Of a stretch of 64,000 nt of DNA, positions 36,674 through 50,851 are shown in pieces. The first letter of the stretch is position 1. The number at the start of each line of letters is the position of its first letter. A program made the translations under genes and the position numbers. Source of the stretch: Octopus vulgaris (Eukaryota); contig OX597836.1 in the NCBI GenBank assembly GCA_951406725.2, positions 45,136,001-45,200,000 of the forward strand, in the 5' to 3' direction. The notes beneath the pieces are model-generated. The model saw only the letters and a program-made list of their open reading frames with translations, ran no database searches and was not told the origin of the DNA.

Positions 36674-37792
36674 TTCATATTAAACCAGTTCTGTTCTTCT
36701 TACATCTGTTTTAATATTCATTAATAGCTGTCGTGTCACTGAAGGCTGGGTCTTTAATGATTACATCCACTGGCATTTCTTTTCTTTTCTTTCTTTTCAT
36801 TTGACTGCGGCCATGCTGGAGCACCGCCTTTAGTCGAGGAGCAAATCGACCCCGGGACATATTCTTTGTAAGCCCAGTACTTATTCTATCGGTCTCTTTT
36901 GCCGAACCGCTAAGTGACGGGGACGTAAACACACCAGCATCGGTTGTCAAGCAATGCTAGGGGGACAAACACAGACACACAAACATATACACACACACTT
37001 ATATATATACATATATACGACAGGCTTCTTTCAGTTTCCGTCTACCAAATCCACTCACAAGGCATTGGTCGGCCCGGGGCTATAGCAGAAGACACTTGCC
37101 CAAGATGCCACGCAGTGGAACTGAACCCGGAACCATGTGGTTGGTTAATGATCACATCCACTGGCATGGATAGCTTCCTGGTAATATCAGTAAAAATATT
37201 ACACTTATCATCACATCAAGTAACCCACAACTCCCTGAATGTGAAGGAAGACTGTTTTCAATAACAAATTTCATATTCTCTGTAATTTGCTGTTGGTTTT
37301 TCTTAAATAATGACAGAGCCCCACACTGTCAGGTAATCACTACAGTTGAAAGCCTCTCCTTAATACTGGCCCCCATCTATGAATTCTCTCCAGGCCTTTC
37401 AAATAGTGCCACTAGATATTGGTTTCAAATTTTGGCACAAAGCCAGCAATTTCAGAGGAGCGGGTAAGTCACATCAACCCAGTGCTTAACTGGTACTTAT
37501 TTTATCGACTCTGAAAAGATGAAAGACAGAGTCGACCTCAGTGGAATTTGAACTCAGGATGAAATGCCACTAAGTATTTTGTCTGATGTGCTAACCATTC
37601 GACCAGCTCATCACCTTAGTGCAACTAGATATTCAAACACCAGATTTCACAAAATAATAATGGAAGAGAGCTTACTGTTTCTAAAAAGAGCTCCACTTAT
37701 TGAACAGTTGGCTTGCTCAGTAGAAGGAACCATGTCTGTTTTAAGCTACCTCGAATAAATGTAGTTATGTGAGCTAGATGTTCACATCTATA

Positions 37793-38193
37793 GGCGCAGG
37801 AGTAGCTGTGTGGTAAGTAGCTTGTTTACCAACCACATGGTTCCGGGTTCAGTCCCACTGCGTGGCACCTTGGGCAAGTGTCTTCTACTATAGCCTCGGG
37901 CCGACCAAAGCCTTATGAGTGGATTTGGTTAGACGGAAACTGAAAAAAGCCCATCGTATATATGTATATATATATATATATATATGCGTGTGTGTGTGTT
38001 TGTGTGTCTGTATTTGTCCCCCTAACATTGCTTGTTTATGTCCCTGTTACTTAGCAGTTCGGCAAAAGAGACAGATAGAATAAGTACTGGGCTTACAAAA
38101 GAATAAGTCCCGGGGTCGAGTTGCTCAATTAATGGTGGTGCTCCAGCATGGCCGCAGTCAAATGACTGAAACAAGTAAAAGAGTAAAAGAGTA
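37793..38193 (+). mobile_element. tRNA-derived SINE family B, representative full copy (others: 48561-48980+, 52038-52435+, 12125-12443+, 8843-9209-, 22061-22480-, 24305-24682-, 36777-37144-, 38820-39226-, 43100-43478-)
   Basis: A box T(A/G)GCTGTGTGG, B box GGTTCAGTCCC, internal TA/TG microsatellite, (AAAAGAGT)n tail. Confidence 0.9.
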
Positions 38194-39279
38194 ACCACAT
38201 AGTAATGGGTATGATCTCACTGTGTGGTACCATTTACCATAGTCTTGGGTTAATGACTAATTTCTGAGTAGATAGAGACTATTAAAAAAACCCCATCATA
38301 CCGCCCTCCTCCCGTCCTCTCTAATCTACAACAGCTCTCTGTTCTGAAGATAGACCCCCCACAACTGGCCCTTAATGACACTGAAAATGCCCTGTTAAGA
38401 TAGACAGAGCAGGTGTTTATTTTCTATCTTTCACTATTTACTTGTTTCAGTCATTAGACTGTGGCCATGCTGGGGCTCTGCCTTGAAGAATTTTTGGTTG
38501 AATGAATCGACCCTGGTACTTATATTTTTTTAAACTGGATACTTTTTCTATCAGCCCTTTTGTTGAACTGCTAAGTTATGGGGACATAAATTCACAAATA
38601 CTGGCTGTCAAGTGGTGGTGGGGCACAAACACAGACAAAAAAACATACACACACACATATACGACGGGCTTCTTTCAGTTTCTGTCTACCAAATCTACTC
38701 ACAAGGCTTTGATTGGGTTGGGGCTGTTGTAGAAGACACTTGCCCAAGGTGCCATGTGGTAGGACTGAACCCGGCACCATGTGCTTGGGAAGCATGCTTC
38801 TTATCGCACAACCATGTCTCTCTTTACTCTTTTACTTGTTTCAGTCATTTGACTGCGGCCATGCTGGAGCACCGCCTTTAATCGAGCAAATCGACCCCGG
38901 GACTTATTCTTTTGTAAGCCCAGTACTTATTCTATCGGTCTCTTTTGCTGAACCGCTAAGTAACGGAGACATAAACACACCAGCATCGGTTGTCAAGCAA
39001 TGCTAGGGGGACAAATACAGACACACAAACACACACACGCATATATATATATATACATATATATGACGGGCTTCTTTCAGTTTCCGTCTACCAAATCCAC
39101 TCACAAGGCTTTGGTCAGCCCGAGGCTATAGTAGAAGACACTTGCCCAAGGTGCCACACAGTGGGACTGAATCCGGAACCATGTGGTTGGTAAACAAGCT
39201 ACTTACCACACAGCCACTCCTGCGCCTAAAATGTCTGATCATTTTACATATCTTTTTTACAATCCATCCCCAATACTTG

Positions 39280-40330
39280 GGGACCCAACAGAAGACTTAC
39301 TGCAGTACCATGTGACTGTAAAAATGAAGAAAAAGCCCAACATAGAAGACATCCAAATTACCATTAAACAGATAAATTCAGGGAACCCCTATCCCTGGAA
39401 CTGATGGTATACCAGCTGAGTTTAGTAAACAGCGTGTGTGTAGGAGATCAACAATAGGACCACATTAGTTGTCAATTAAGGTGGCGAGCTGGCAGAAACG
39501 TTAGCACATTGGGCAAAATACTTAGTGGTATTTCGTCTGCCGCTACGTTCTGAGTTCAAATTCTGCCAAGGTCGATAAATTAAGGACCAGTTACGCACTG
39601 GTGTCAATATAATCGACTTAATCCGTTTGTCTGTCCCTGTTTGCCCCCTCTGTGTGTAGCCCCTTGTGGGTAATAAAGAAATAGGTATTTCGTCTGTCGC
39701 TACGTTTGAGTTCAAATTCCGCCAAGGTCGATAAATTAAGGACCAGTTACGCACTGGGGTCGATATAATCGACTTAATCCGTTTGTCTGTCCATGTTTGT
39801 CCCCTCTGTGTTTAGCCCCTTGTGGGTAGTAAAGGAATAGGTATTTCGTCTGTCGTTACGTTCTGAGTTCAAATTCCGCCAAGGTCGACTTAGCCTTTCA
39901 TCCTTTCGGGGTCGATAAATTAAGTACCAGTTACGCACTGGGGTCGATGTAATCGACTTAATCCGTTTGTCCTCTCTGTGTTTAGCCCCTTGTGGGTAGT
40001 AAGGAATTAGTTGTCAATATGTGGAATGGTTCATCAGTTCCATTGGATTGGAAAGATACTAGCCTAAGGTACAAAGGAAAAAGTGCCTAATTATACTGGG
40101 GTAACTTTCATACTATTTTCTTATAACTGTGGGTCGGATGTACATCAGACTTTTATTGAAACCACAGCAGACACACACCTGCTCCTTAGTTGTCCTAATG
40201 ACTTAATATGGATTTAGATTTTGAAGCAGTACCACAAATATGATCTTTAGTGCCAGTCTGTTGCAAGAGAAGGGTATAGAGCCGAGACTTTCTCTTTTAC
40301 CGACTTTTCTTTTATTTAATGAAAGTGTAG
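39280..40330 (+). mobile_element. Highly degraded RTE reverse-transcriptase fragment split by a SINE trimer
   Basis: PNIEDIQITIKQINSG before the SINE and IWNGSSVPLDWKD..YKGK after it. Confidence 0.55.
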
Positions 40331-41465
40331 TGGTGATTTAAAACCCAGCTGCTAAATAACCAGTCTGACACCATGAACAAACCACCACAGTTTCATGGGA
40401 TCAGTCTATCAACTGACCACTCAATGTGAGATTGTGATAGGGTATGGTTAGCTTAAATGTTCTTGTTCCCCATAAGGAACTGCTTTTGCCGCTTGATAAA
40501 CTGCAGTGTGTTGAAGGCAGCTGAGCGATGTGCCTCCACTTTTGCTCTGTTCATTTGTTAAAAGCACCCAGTACACTCTGTAAAGAAGTTGTTTTCATGA
40601 TGTATGGAGCATGAAAAAGTCTCAGTTTTTAGGAGTGAAACTTTAATAGTTATTAAAAACTAATTTTATTTGTATAACGAGTATGATGGTTTCCCAAACA
40701 CTTTTTAGGATTAGCAGGTATACCATGACAATTTTCAGTCTACCCAGATTCCTACATTAAATGAAATATACCATATGTACTATATATCTGTAGAATTACT
40801 TCTCTCTAGCATCAAATATATTCTTTATATTTAAAGCACCCACAACACTCTCGGAGTGGTTGGTATTAGGAAGTGCATCTAGCTGTAGAAACTCTGCCAG
40901 ATCAGATTGGAGCCTAGTGCAGCCTTCTGGCTTGCCAGTCCTCAGTCAAATCATCTAACCCATGCTAGCATGGAAAGCGGACGTTAAACGACGACGACGA
41001 CGATGATGATGATGTATGGGAAAGATTAATTTCTCAATGGACCATTATTTGACCAAACTACTTAAACACATTCCTTGAATGAGACAGAAACCATGCTAAA
41101 TGACAAAACGGAGCCCAGGCAGTTCTGCAGTTGACCAGCTCCTATAAAACCGTCCAACCCATGCCAGCGTGGAGAATGGATGTTAAATGATGATGAACTC
41201 CAGGTTCTTGGACAGACCCTTTCGGAACATTCACACAATGTCCTGTAAGTAACTTCTATGGATGCAGTGCAGCTTCTCTCTCTCTCTTCCAGTTAGCAAT
41301 TATTAATGTTGTTCATTGTAAATAGCCAACACCAAATATCTTGATGTCCAGCAAGAAATATTCAATTAAATATTCGTGAGTTGCTTCAGTTTATTATTCA
41401 AGCAGTCAACAAATATCTTCATTCACTGCTACTTGAACAACCAATTCACCTTATGATAAAAGCTT

Positions 41466-42136
41466 GGATCTTTTTCTTTTGAACAGCAGTTTTCAACACA
41501 ATTTCTAGTTAACTAAACACTTTTAAACTTCGTATACTGGTAGAATGTGTCAAAATAAAACATTTTTTTCTCTTGGCTTTCTTGAGAAAATTGTAATTTG
41601 TAAGTTTAACGTAGTTTAATTTTTCGAATTTTAACCAATCCTATGCCCTCTATTGAGCTAAAATCATTTGCTGCGTCTAAAACAGACAACATCCTGTCAC
41701 TAACCCTAACCCTAAATCTTAGCCTTTCGTTTTTTTTTTCTTGATTGTTAAATTAATTTAAGGAAAACAATTAAAAAAAAAAACGAAAGCAATAGAAAAT
41801 AATTTTAATTTAACAATTAAGAAAAAAAAACGAAAGGCTGAAACGAAAGCAAAAACAAAACGAATAATTTTAGACACACACGTAACAATTAAGAAAAAAA
41901 ACAGACAGCATGTTGTCTCAGTTTTAGACGCAGCAAATGATTTTAGCTCAATAGAGGCATAGGATTGGTTAAAATTCGAAAAATTAAACTACGTTAAACT
42001 TACAAATTACAATTTTCTCAAGAAAGCCAAGAGAAAAAAATGTTTTATTTTGACACATTCTACCAGTATACGAAGTTTAAAGTGTTTAGTTAACTAGAAA
42101 TTGTGTTGAAAACTGCCGTTCAAAAGGAAAAGATCC
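41466..42136. mobile_element. Related foldback MITE with ~230-bp inverted arms
   Basis: GGATCTTTT...AAAAGATCC ends; flanks AAAAGCTT/AAAAGCTC (7/8 match); long near-perfect arms. Confidence 0.85.
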
Positions 42137-42418
42137 AAAAGCTCTTCGACATGGTCGATAGAAATGCAGTGAAGAGAATCTTGGGAAAGATGGGTGCCCA
42201 TCTGAGAGCGAAGATATGTTTGTCCAATAACACACGGGTGCAAAAGCTTGTTTCAACTCAAATTGTGCCGTCACAGCCAATTCGAATTTGATAACTTTGT
42301 TGAACAAGGGGACATAACTGCGTCAATTTTTGTTCTTCATAGATTTTGCAATTATAAAAGCTCATTAATTTAAGGACTGCAATCAAAGTGTCTCTGTCCA
42401 CTTTTGTAAACTTTCTAA

Positions 42419-42825
42419 GGATCTTTTCGGTTTGAACGGCAGTTTTTAAAAATAATTTCCACGTAACTAAACACTTTTAAACTTCGTATACTGGTAGAAT
42501 GTGTTTATAAAACATCTTTTTCTCTTGGCTTTATTGAGAAAATTCTATAGTTTGTAAGATATTTTTAAAAAAAAATTTCTGCAATTTCAACCAATCAATG
42601 ACCGTCTATTGAGGTAAAAAACATCCTGTGCCGTATGAATATGTCCCTCGTTTAAGAAACAGATTGGGTTTATTTACATTTGTGAAGAAATGAAGATACC
42701 CTTTCCCCCCACCCCTAACCCTAAAACAGATTGAAATGCAATAGATCGATACTAGGGTCATAATTATGGGTGACAATTTCATATGACACCGCTACAAAAA
42801 ACTGCCGTTCAAACCGAAACGATCC
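42419..42825. mobile_element. Same MITE family
   Basis: TSD CTTTCTAA. Confidence 0.92.
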
Positions 42826-43603
42826 CTTTCTAATCGGAATTGATTCAAATCTAAATGAAAGACCTTTATAACTTTTGTTCCTGATACGTTTTATGCTGAT
42901 GATTGTGATATTGGGGTTCATTAAGAATATTAGTTTCAAATTTTGACACAAGGCCAGCAATTTCGGGTATGTCGATTACATTGACCTCAGTGCTCAACTG
43001 GTGTTTACTTTTAGGCAAAGTTGACCTCAGCAGAATTTGAACTCAGAACAGATGGATGAAATGTTACCCGGCATGCTAACAACTCTGCCAGCTTGTTCAT
43101 TCTCTTTTACTTGTTTCAGTCATTTGACTGTGGCCATGCTTGAGCGCTGCCTTTAGTCGAGCAAATCGACCCCAGAAATTATTCTTTGGAAGCCTAGTAC
43201 TTATTCCATCAGTCTCTTTTGCCGAACTGCTAGGTTACGGGGATGTAAACACACAGCATCGGTTGTCAAGCGATGTTGGGGGGACTAACACAGACACACA
43301 AATATATATATACACATATGACGGGCTTCTTTCAGTTTCCGTCTACCAAATCCACTCACATGGCTTTGGTTGGCCCTAGGATATAGAAGACACTTGCTCA
43401 AGGTGCCACGCAGTGGGAATGAACTCAGAACTATGTGGTTGGTAAGCAAGCTACTTACCACACAGCCACTCCTGTGCCTATTAAGAATATTAAAAACAAA
43501 TAATGAGCTTCTGCTGTGCCAATCTTACTTTTGATCATAAAATAATAAGTCTGAAGAAGACTAAGGTGATGTTTAAGGAAACATGAATGTGTAATTAAAT
43601 ACA

Positions 43604-43967
43604 TGGGAAGCACTCCGTCGGTTACGACGATGAGGGTTCCGGTTGATCCGAATCAACGGAACAGCTTGCTCATGAAATTAACGTGTAAGTGGCTGAGCAC
43701 TCCACAGACACGTGTACCCTTAACGTAGTTCTTGGGGATATTCAGCGTGACACAGAGAGTGACAAGACCGGCCCTTTGAAATACAGGTACAACAGAAACA
43801 GGAAGAAAGAGTGAGAGAAAGTTGTGGTGAAAGAGGACAGCAGGGGTCACCACCATCCCCTGCCGGAGCCTTGTGGAGCTTTTGGGTGTTTTCGCTCAAT
43901 AAACACTCACAACGCCCGGTCTGGGAATCGAAACCGCGAGTCCGCCGCCCTAACCATTGCGCCTCCA
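43604..43967 (-). mobile_element. tRNA-derived SINE (family D head, tail type B)
   Basis: Same head and body, different 3' module; 12-bp TSD TAATTAAATACA. Confidence 0.85.
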
Positions 43968-44539
43968 TAATTAAATACAGTTATCCTAGAGACCAGACAG
44001 AGGATCTTGTAGATCTTTTAATCTATGTTCCTCTACTTGCTTACCAATTCCACTGGTGTGCACTTGGCAGAACCTTTCAACTGTGATGCCAGCACAGGGA
44101 TTGCCCTGCACACTAAGTATTAAGAGTACGCATTATCCTAAGACCTGGTATGGTTGATATCCAGCTTCGTCAATCTCATGTGGCAGATGTCCAGCCAAGT
44201 TATAGTTTGGTGTGGTTTCGAAGGCGGCAAGCTGGCAGAAACGTTAGCACACCAGGCAAAATGCTTAGCAGTATTTTGTCTGTCGCTACGTTCTGAGTTC
44301 GACTTTGCCTTTCATCCCAGTTACGCACTGGGGTCGATGTAATCGACTTAATCCGTTTGTCCCCTCTGTGTGTAGCCCCTTGCGGGCAGTAAAGAAATAG
44401 ATTAATGTCCAACCACCTGGGGGTGGTGGTGGGGTAGAGTTGGTCCCTGTATTTGTAACAGAGTGAAATCCAAATATTATGCTTGAATAAATTAAGATGG
44501 GATGGTCACAGCAGGATCACAGTTTGGCTTGACAACAAC

Positions 44540-44977
44540 AACTCCGACGTCTGGCAGCTGACTTGGCAGACACCCATAAAATTATTAACCATCTTACAAA
44601 CAATAACTCTGAGCACCTTTTCAAACTCCACTTGTCTAACACCCGTGGACATGTTTACAAAGTCAGAAAACAGCGCAGCTCCCATGACTTTCGGAAACAT
44701 TTTTTCACGCTGAGAGTTGCTGAAGCATGGAACAAACTGCCGGCATCAGTTGTTAGTTGTCGGAGCATTGCATCCTTCAAAACTTCCATGCTTCCTGAGA
44801 TTCGCGAACACTACACCTGATTTTCTCCCCTCCATACACACGCAAGCATGTATCTGACTCGTACACTGTTCGCTTTCCAGACATTTGTACATTACTGCAT
44901 ATACTTTATACGCACTTTCTGACAAGTTGTGGTGCACCTAAGCACTGTATACAATAATTTCATTATTATTATTATTA
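44540..44977 (+). mobile_element. Second, shorter copy of the same CR1 3' end
   Basis: Near-identical to about 10918-11352; (ATT)n tail. Confidence 0.9.
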
Positions 44978-45879
44978 TAACTTATAACAAGTTATAAAAT
45001 GCAACAAATAATCTTTTCTACCACAGGTTTAAGGGCTGAATTTTAGGGGACAGGGTTAAGTTGATTACATCAGTCTGAGTATTCAAGTGATACTTCTTTT
45101 ATCAATGCTGAAAGGATGAAGGGCAAAGTGGAATTAGAACTCAGAACGTGAAGATGAATGAAATGCTGCCAAGCCTATTGCTTAGTATGCTAGCGATTCT
45201 GCCTTAATGATAATAACAATAATCCTTTCTTATTTCTTTATTGCTCACAAGGGGCTAAACAAGGACAGACAAAGGGATTAAGTCGATTACATCGACCCCA
45301 GTGTGTAACTGGTACTTAATTTATCAACCCCGAAAGAATGAAAGGCAACGTCAACCTCGGCGGAATTTGAACTCAGAATGTACGGCAGACAAAATACCCA
45401 TTTCTTTACTACCCACAAGGGGCTAAACATAGAGAGGACAAACAAGGACAGACAGACGGATTAAGTCACTTATATCGACCCCAGTGTGTAACTCGTACTT
45501 AATTTATTGACCCCGAAAGGATGAAAGGCAAAGTTGACCTTGTTGGAATTTGAACTCAGAACACGAAATACCTGCTTCTTTACTACCCACAAGGGGCTAA
45601 ACACAAAGAGGGACAAACAAGGACAGACAAGAGGATTAAGTCGATTATATCGACCCCAGTGCGTAACTGGTACTTATTTATTGACCCTGAAAAGATAAAA
45701 AGGCAAAGTCAACCTTGGTGAGATTTGAACTCAGAATGTACAGATGGACGAAATGCAGCCAAGCATTTTGCCTGGTGTGCTAACAATTCTGGCAGCTTGT
45801 CACTTTGGCAACAAATAAAAGCAAACTCAACACCAGGATAAATACAAAAAGGAAATAAAAAAAAAGGACTTTATTGCAA

Positions 45880-46098
45880 CTATTTATAAACACAAGAGTA
45901 ATATTCGTCTTCAAGTTCGTAAAGTTCAGTGGCCATGTCGTCTCGTAAGGTTAGTAGCTTTGTGTCCAGTTCACTCTGTTTCTGTTTGTATAGTTTTGTG
46001 TTCTGACCGATGACGTCGTTCACCGATGGGAAGTCGTTTAAGATGAGGAACTGCTTGAGATCGGATACGAGCTTCATGAGGGATTCTCCAGCACGAAC
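45880..46098 (-). CDS. MED22: MED22 coding exon 3 (terminal)
   Basis: cag|[27 protein letters not shown]...[17 protein letters not shown]; total 142 aa. Confidence 0.96.
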   Translation of the reverse strand, partial: VRAGESLMKLVSDLKQFLILNDFPSVNDVIGQNTKLYKQKQSELDTKLLTLRDDMATELYELEDEYYSCVYK

Positions 46099-47970
46099 CT
46101 GTCCATGTGGGGAAGAGAAAGGAAGACAAAACAAAACTAGGTGAGCTTACAGTCAAATAATCAAAAGTGTGGGCAATCTGACGGTTCTAGTATATTTTAC
46201 ATCAACTGACCACGTGTATTTGTTTATGGCCCTGGGACTGGAGGTACGTAAAAAGCACTATCCGAATTGTGGCCGATGCCAGCGCCGCCTCGACTGGCTT
46301 CCGTGTCAGTGGCACGTAAAAAGCACCATCTGAATCATAGCTGAAGCCAGTGTTTGTTTCGGTCGTTAGACAGTGGCCATGCTGGGGCACCACTATGAAG
46401 AGTTTTTAGCCAAACAAAACAAAACTCAATGCCATTTAAAAAAAAAAAAGCCTGGTACTTATTCTATCAGTCTCTTTTGCCAAACTGCTATGTTATGCGG
46501 ATGTAAACAAACCAGCACTGGTTGTCAAGCAGTAGTAGGAGACAAACACTGATACATAGACACCATCACACACACACACTTATATATATACGTATATATA
46601 CATATATACATATATATACATATACATACATATATACATATATATACATATACATACATATATATACATATATACACATATATATATACATATACACACA
46701 CACACATATATATATACATATACACACACACACATATATATACATATACACACACACACATATATACATATACACACACACATATATATATACACACACA
46801 CACACGAGAGGTTTCTTTCAGTTTATGTCTACAGATCCACTCAGAAGGCTTTGGTTTGCCTGAGGCTAATGAGAAGCAAACTTCTGACCAAACAGCCACA
46901 AATGTGTTTATATTTGTATGTGTGTATATGGAAATATATTTATCACTCAAGAGTGTGTATATGCATGCTTGTCTACCTAGGAATACATCATCAGATATAA
47001 GTATAGGTATGTATGCAACATTAGCTGAATGGTTAAGAACTTCTCTTCACAATCACAAAGTCCTTGGTTCAATTGCAGTGTATGGCACCTCGGGCAAGGG
47101 TCATTTATTTTGTTGACAGGCTGACCCAAGCCTTGTCCATGAAACTGGATAGATACAAACTGTGTAGAATCTCACTGGTTGGATTATACCTGTAATACAG
47201 TCGCATCACCTTAATGAAATTCTCAATCGGAATTCTGATTCAGGTTGTGGATTTCATTAAGGGTACATGTGTCACTTATATGCTAATTCAATGACTGGCT
47301 TCTGTGCTGGTGGCACATAAAAAGCACCAACCAATCGTGTCCGTTGCCAGCTTCCCCTGGCACCTGTGCTGGTGGCACGTAAAAAGCACCAACCAATTGT
47401 GTCCGTTGCCAGCTTCCCCTGGCACCTGTGCCGGTGGCACATAAAAAGCACCAACCAATCGTGGCCGGTGCCAGCCTCGCCTGGCACGTAAAAAGCACCC
47501 ACTACACCCATGGAGTGGTTGGCATTAGGAAGGGCATCCAGCTGTAGAAACACTGCCAGACCAGACTGGAGCCTGGTGCAGCCTCCTGGCTTCCCAGACC
47601 CCGGTCGAATCATCCAACCCGTGCCAGCATGGAAAACGGACATTAAACGATGATGATGATAGTGCAGTTGATTAAACAATTAATATGTATTGTCTAAATT
47701 GACAGTGATCTTATTGTCTTTACATTATGAAACATTGGAGTTCTTTAGCCCAAAGGACAGCTTCGACCAAGATTATCTCTCTTTCATTTAGACCAGTAGT
47801 CCTCAACTGGAGTCATATGGACTTTGGGGGTTTCACAAAAGATTTTGTTGTTAAAATTTCTGTGCACTGAAATCCGTTATACTTCTACCATACACAAAAT
47901 TTTTAAACAATTTTTAAAAATACAATTCTTAATAATATTTAATTATAAAGATATAATAGGGTTATTTTAA

Positions 47971-48183
47971 CCCTTTAGCATTTAAACCGGCCATATCCGG
48001 CCAAAAGTATTCTGCCTGTTCAAACTGGCCATATCTGATCTCTCACACCAACCCTACAATATCATTTTAAAACTTAACTACCTCATAAAAATCTCATAGC
48101 TACAAGATAATGCATGATTAGCTCAAAACAATATGGATAAAAAAAAGCATTAATTTTGGCAGAATAATGCGAACACTAAAGGG
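47971..48183. mobile_element. Second piggyBac-type MITE family (others at about 25717-25937, 30860-31463, 49070-49265, 53690-53905, 59572-59740)
   Basis: TTAA|CCCTTTAG ... CTAAAGGG|TTAA termini and shared internal sequence. Confidence 0.75.
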
Positions 48184-48321
48184 TTAAACATTAAATGGCA
48201 ATGAGGGTCCACCTGAGTAAAATAGGAACCAAAGGGGTCCATAGGAAAAATGGTGTAACTAAGATTGACTTGAGAGAGAGAGAGAGAAAGAGAGAAGCAA
48301 AGCCTCTCCACTACGACTTAC

Positions 48322-48402
48322 AATATTTGAGGCACGGACTTGCATCTCATATTGATCTTGTTCTGCTTGAGTCATCCTCGAGATTTGTGTATCGTCTTCC
48401 AC
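48322..48402 (-). CDS. MED22: MED22 coding exon 2
   Basis: tgtctcag|[27 protein letters not shown]|gtaagt, 81 nt, phase 0/0. Confidence 0.95.
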
Positions 48403-48721
48403 CTGAGACACACAAATAAAAAACAAAAAACATTCGTTACAAGACATAAAGGTATTTTTTCCAAAAGTATTTTTCATTTTCCTATCACAGTCATTAAAAG
48501 ACAATTAACCAAATTCATCTGTTCTTTATCTGTAAATGCAAACTTATGATCAACAACATAGGCGCAGGAGTGGCTGTGTGGTAAGTAGCTTGTTTACCAA
48601 CCACATGGTTCCAGGTTCATTCCCACTGTGTGGCACCTTCGGCAAGTGTCTTCTGCTATAGCCTCGGGCCGACCAAAGCTTTGTGAGTGGATTTGGTAGA
48701 CGGAAACTGAAAGAAGCCCGT

Positions 48722-48765
<44 letters not shown>

Positions 48766-49422
48766 TGTGTGTGTGTTTGTGTTTCTGTGTTTGTCTCCCT
48801 AGCATTGCTTGACAACCGATGCTGGTGTGTTTATGTCCCCGTTACTTAGCGGTTCGGCAAAAGAGACCGATAGAATAAGTACTGGTCTTACAAAAGAATA
48901 AGTCCCCGGTCGAGTTGCTCGATTAAAGGCGGTGCTCTTGCATGGCTGCAGTCAAATGACTGAAACAAGTAAAAGAGTAACACTCCAGCCATGAACATCC
49001 TGTCTTTTGGTTGTCATGTTGTTAATCAGGTCTTATGTAGAACCATGCTATCCAGCCTGTCCTGTGGCATTTAAACCAGCCATATCAGGCCAAAATATTC
49101 TACCTGTTTTATGTTAAAAATTGCTAGATCCAGCCTCTCACACCTCCTCTACAATGTTATCAAAAATCTCCAAAATCTCAAAACTATGAAATAATGCAGG
49201 ATTAATTCAAAACAATATGAATAAATAATAAGCATTATATTTGACAGAATCTGAATGCTAAAGGGTTAAAGGTTGTGTATAGAGTGTGTTGAAGCAGATT
49301 TGGCAGCTATTTCTAGCATGTCAAGCAACTTTAGCTACTCTGCGACTTTGATACCCTATGGGTTGGGGTAACCAAAAGGCTGTGACCTTCATCTCTTTCT
49401 GTGCAGCATGAATACAAAATTG

Positions 49423-49834
49423 GGATCTTTTCGGTTTGAACGGCAGTTTTTAACATAATTTCTAGATAACTAAACACTTTTAAACTTCGTATACTGGTAG
49501 AATGTGTTTATAAAACATCTTTTCCTCTTGGTTTTATTGAGAAAATTCTATAGTTTGTAAGATATTTGTTGTTTTTCTTCTTCAATTTCAACCAATCAAT
49601 GATGTCTATTGAGGTAAAAAAATATATTCTGTGCCGTATGAATATGTCCCTCGTTTAAGAAACAGATTGTGTTTATTTACATTTGTGAAGAAAAAAAGAT
49701 ACCCTTTCCCCCCACCCCTAACCCTAGCCCTAAAACAGATTGAAATGCAATAGATCGATACTAGGGTCATAATTATGGGTGACAATTTCAAATGACACCA
49801 CTAGAAAAAACTGCCGTTTAAACCAAAAAGATCC
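49423..49834. mobile_element. Same MITE family
   Basis: TSD CAAAATTG. Confidence 0.92.
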
Positions 49835-50851
49835 CAAAATTGAAAGTTGGTCAGTCAAAATTTAGGCCAAGTGCTCACACTCTGTCACAGAAAAGGTATT
49901 GTAGAAGAATGGTATGCATCTGTTGTTTCTGACAATGTGATAAAAAAAAAAGGGGGGGGAGAAGAGTGTATTTTATTAGAACTGATTTAAGCCGTTATGT
50001 GTGGTCCTTGCACTTATGAAGGGGTTTCTCTCATCCAGGTTCCCCTGCATCAGAGAAAAAGCAAAGCCACCATGTGTCAGGGGTTAGCAATGTTAAGACA
50101 TGCTCCTGGCTTCATTGCTCATGAAACAGGCGATTCTTTATTTTCAGAGTTGATGAAAAATTCTGATGCTGTCATCACCGTTGGCAACACTAACTTGTAT
50201 CCAGGTTGTTAATTTGTAGTGAGTAATTTGTGCCTCTTCATCTTGATGGGTGTGGAGGGTGCTGGTGTCTGAGGTGGCTGTTCGGGCCAAGGGCAGTATA
50301 GAAGAGCCAGGGGAATCTATCACAGGGTAGGGTTGACAGGGGACAAAGAAATGTGAGTCCCTCTTTGTGTCTTTGACGTCTGTTATTTTCCATTTGGACC
50401 ATTCCCTTAACTTTGGCATGCTGCCAATTTGGGGGATGTTATAGGGAACAGATTAATTACAAGTTTTTATTTAATTAAAAACAGAAAAAAATTATTTCAT
50501 TTAATCATTTAACATTTTTCCATTCATTGAAAATAAAAACTGATTCTACATTCTTTTTGCTTTTCACTTATTGGGCTATGGCCATGCTGGGGTGTTACTG
50601 ATCTCTATTTGTTGAAGTGCTAAGTTACGATAAGTAAAGGGGAACATGACACAAACACACAAAAGTTTGGTGGTTATAATGAGAGAAATAGAACTCAATA
50701 TGCAAAATAGAGCACATATAGAAATACACACACACCTCATTGGTGCTGGTATGACATAAAAAGCACCCAGTCCACTCTGTAAAGTGGTTGGCATTAGGAA
50801 GGGCATCTACCCATAAAAACCATGTGGCACCTGATGCAGCCCCCTGGCTTG

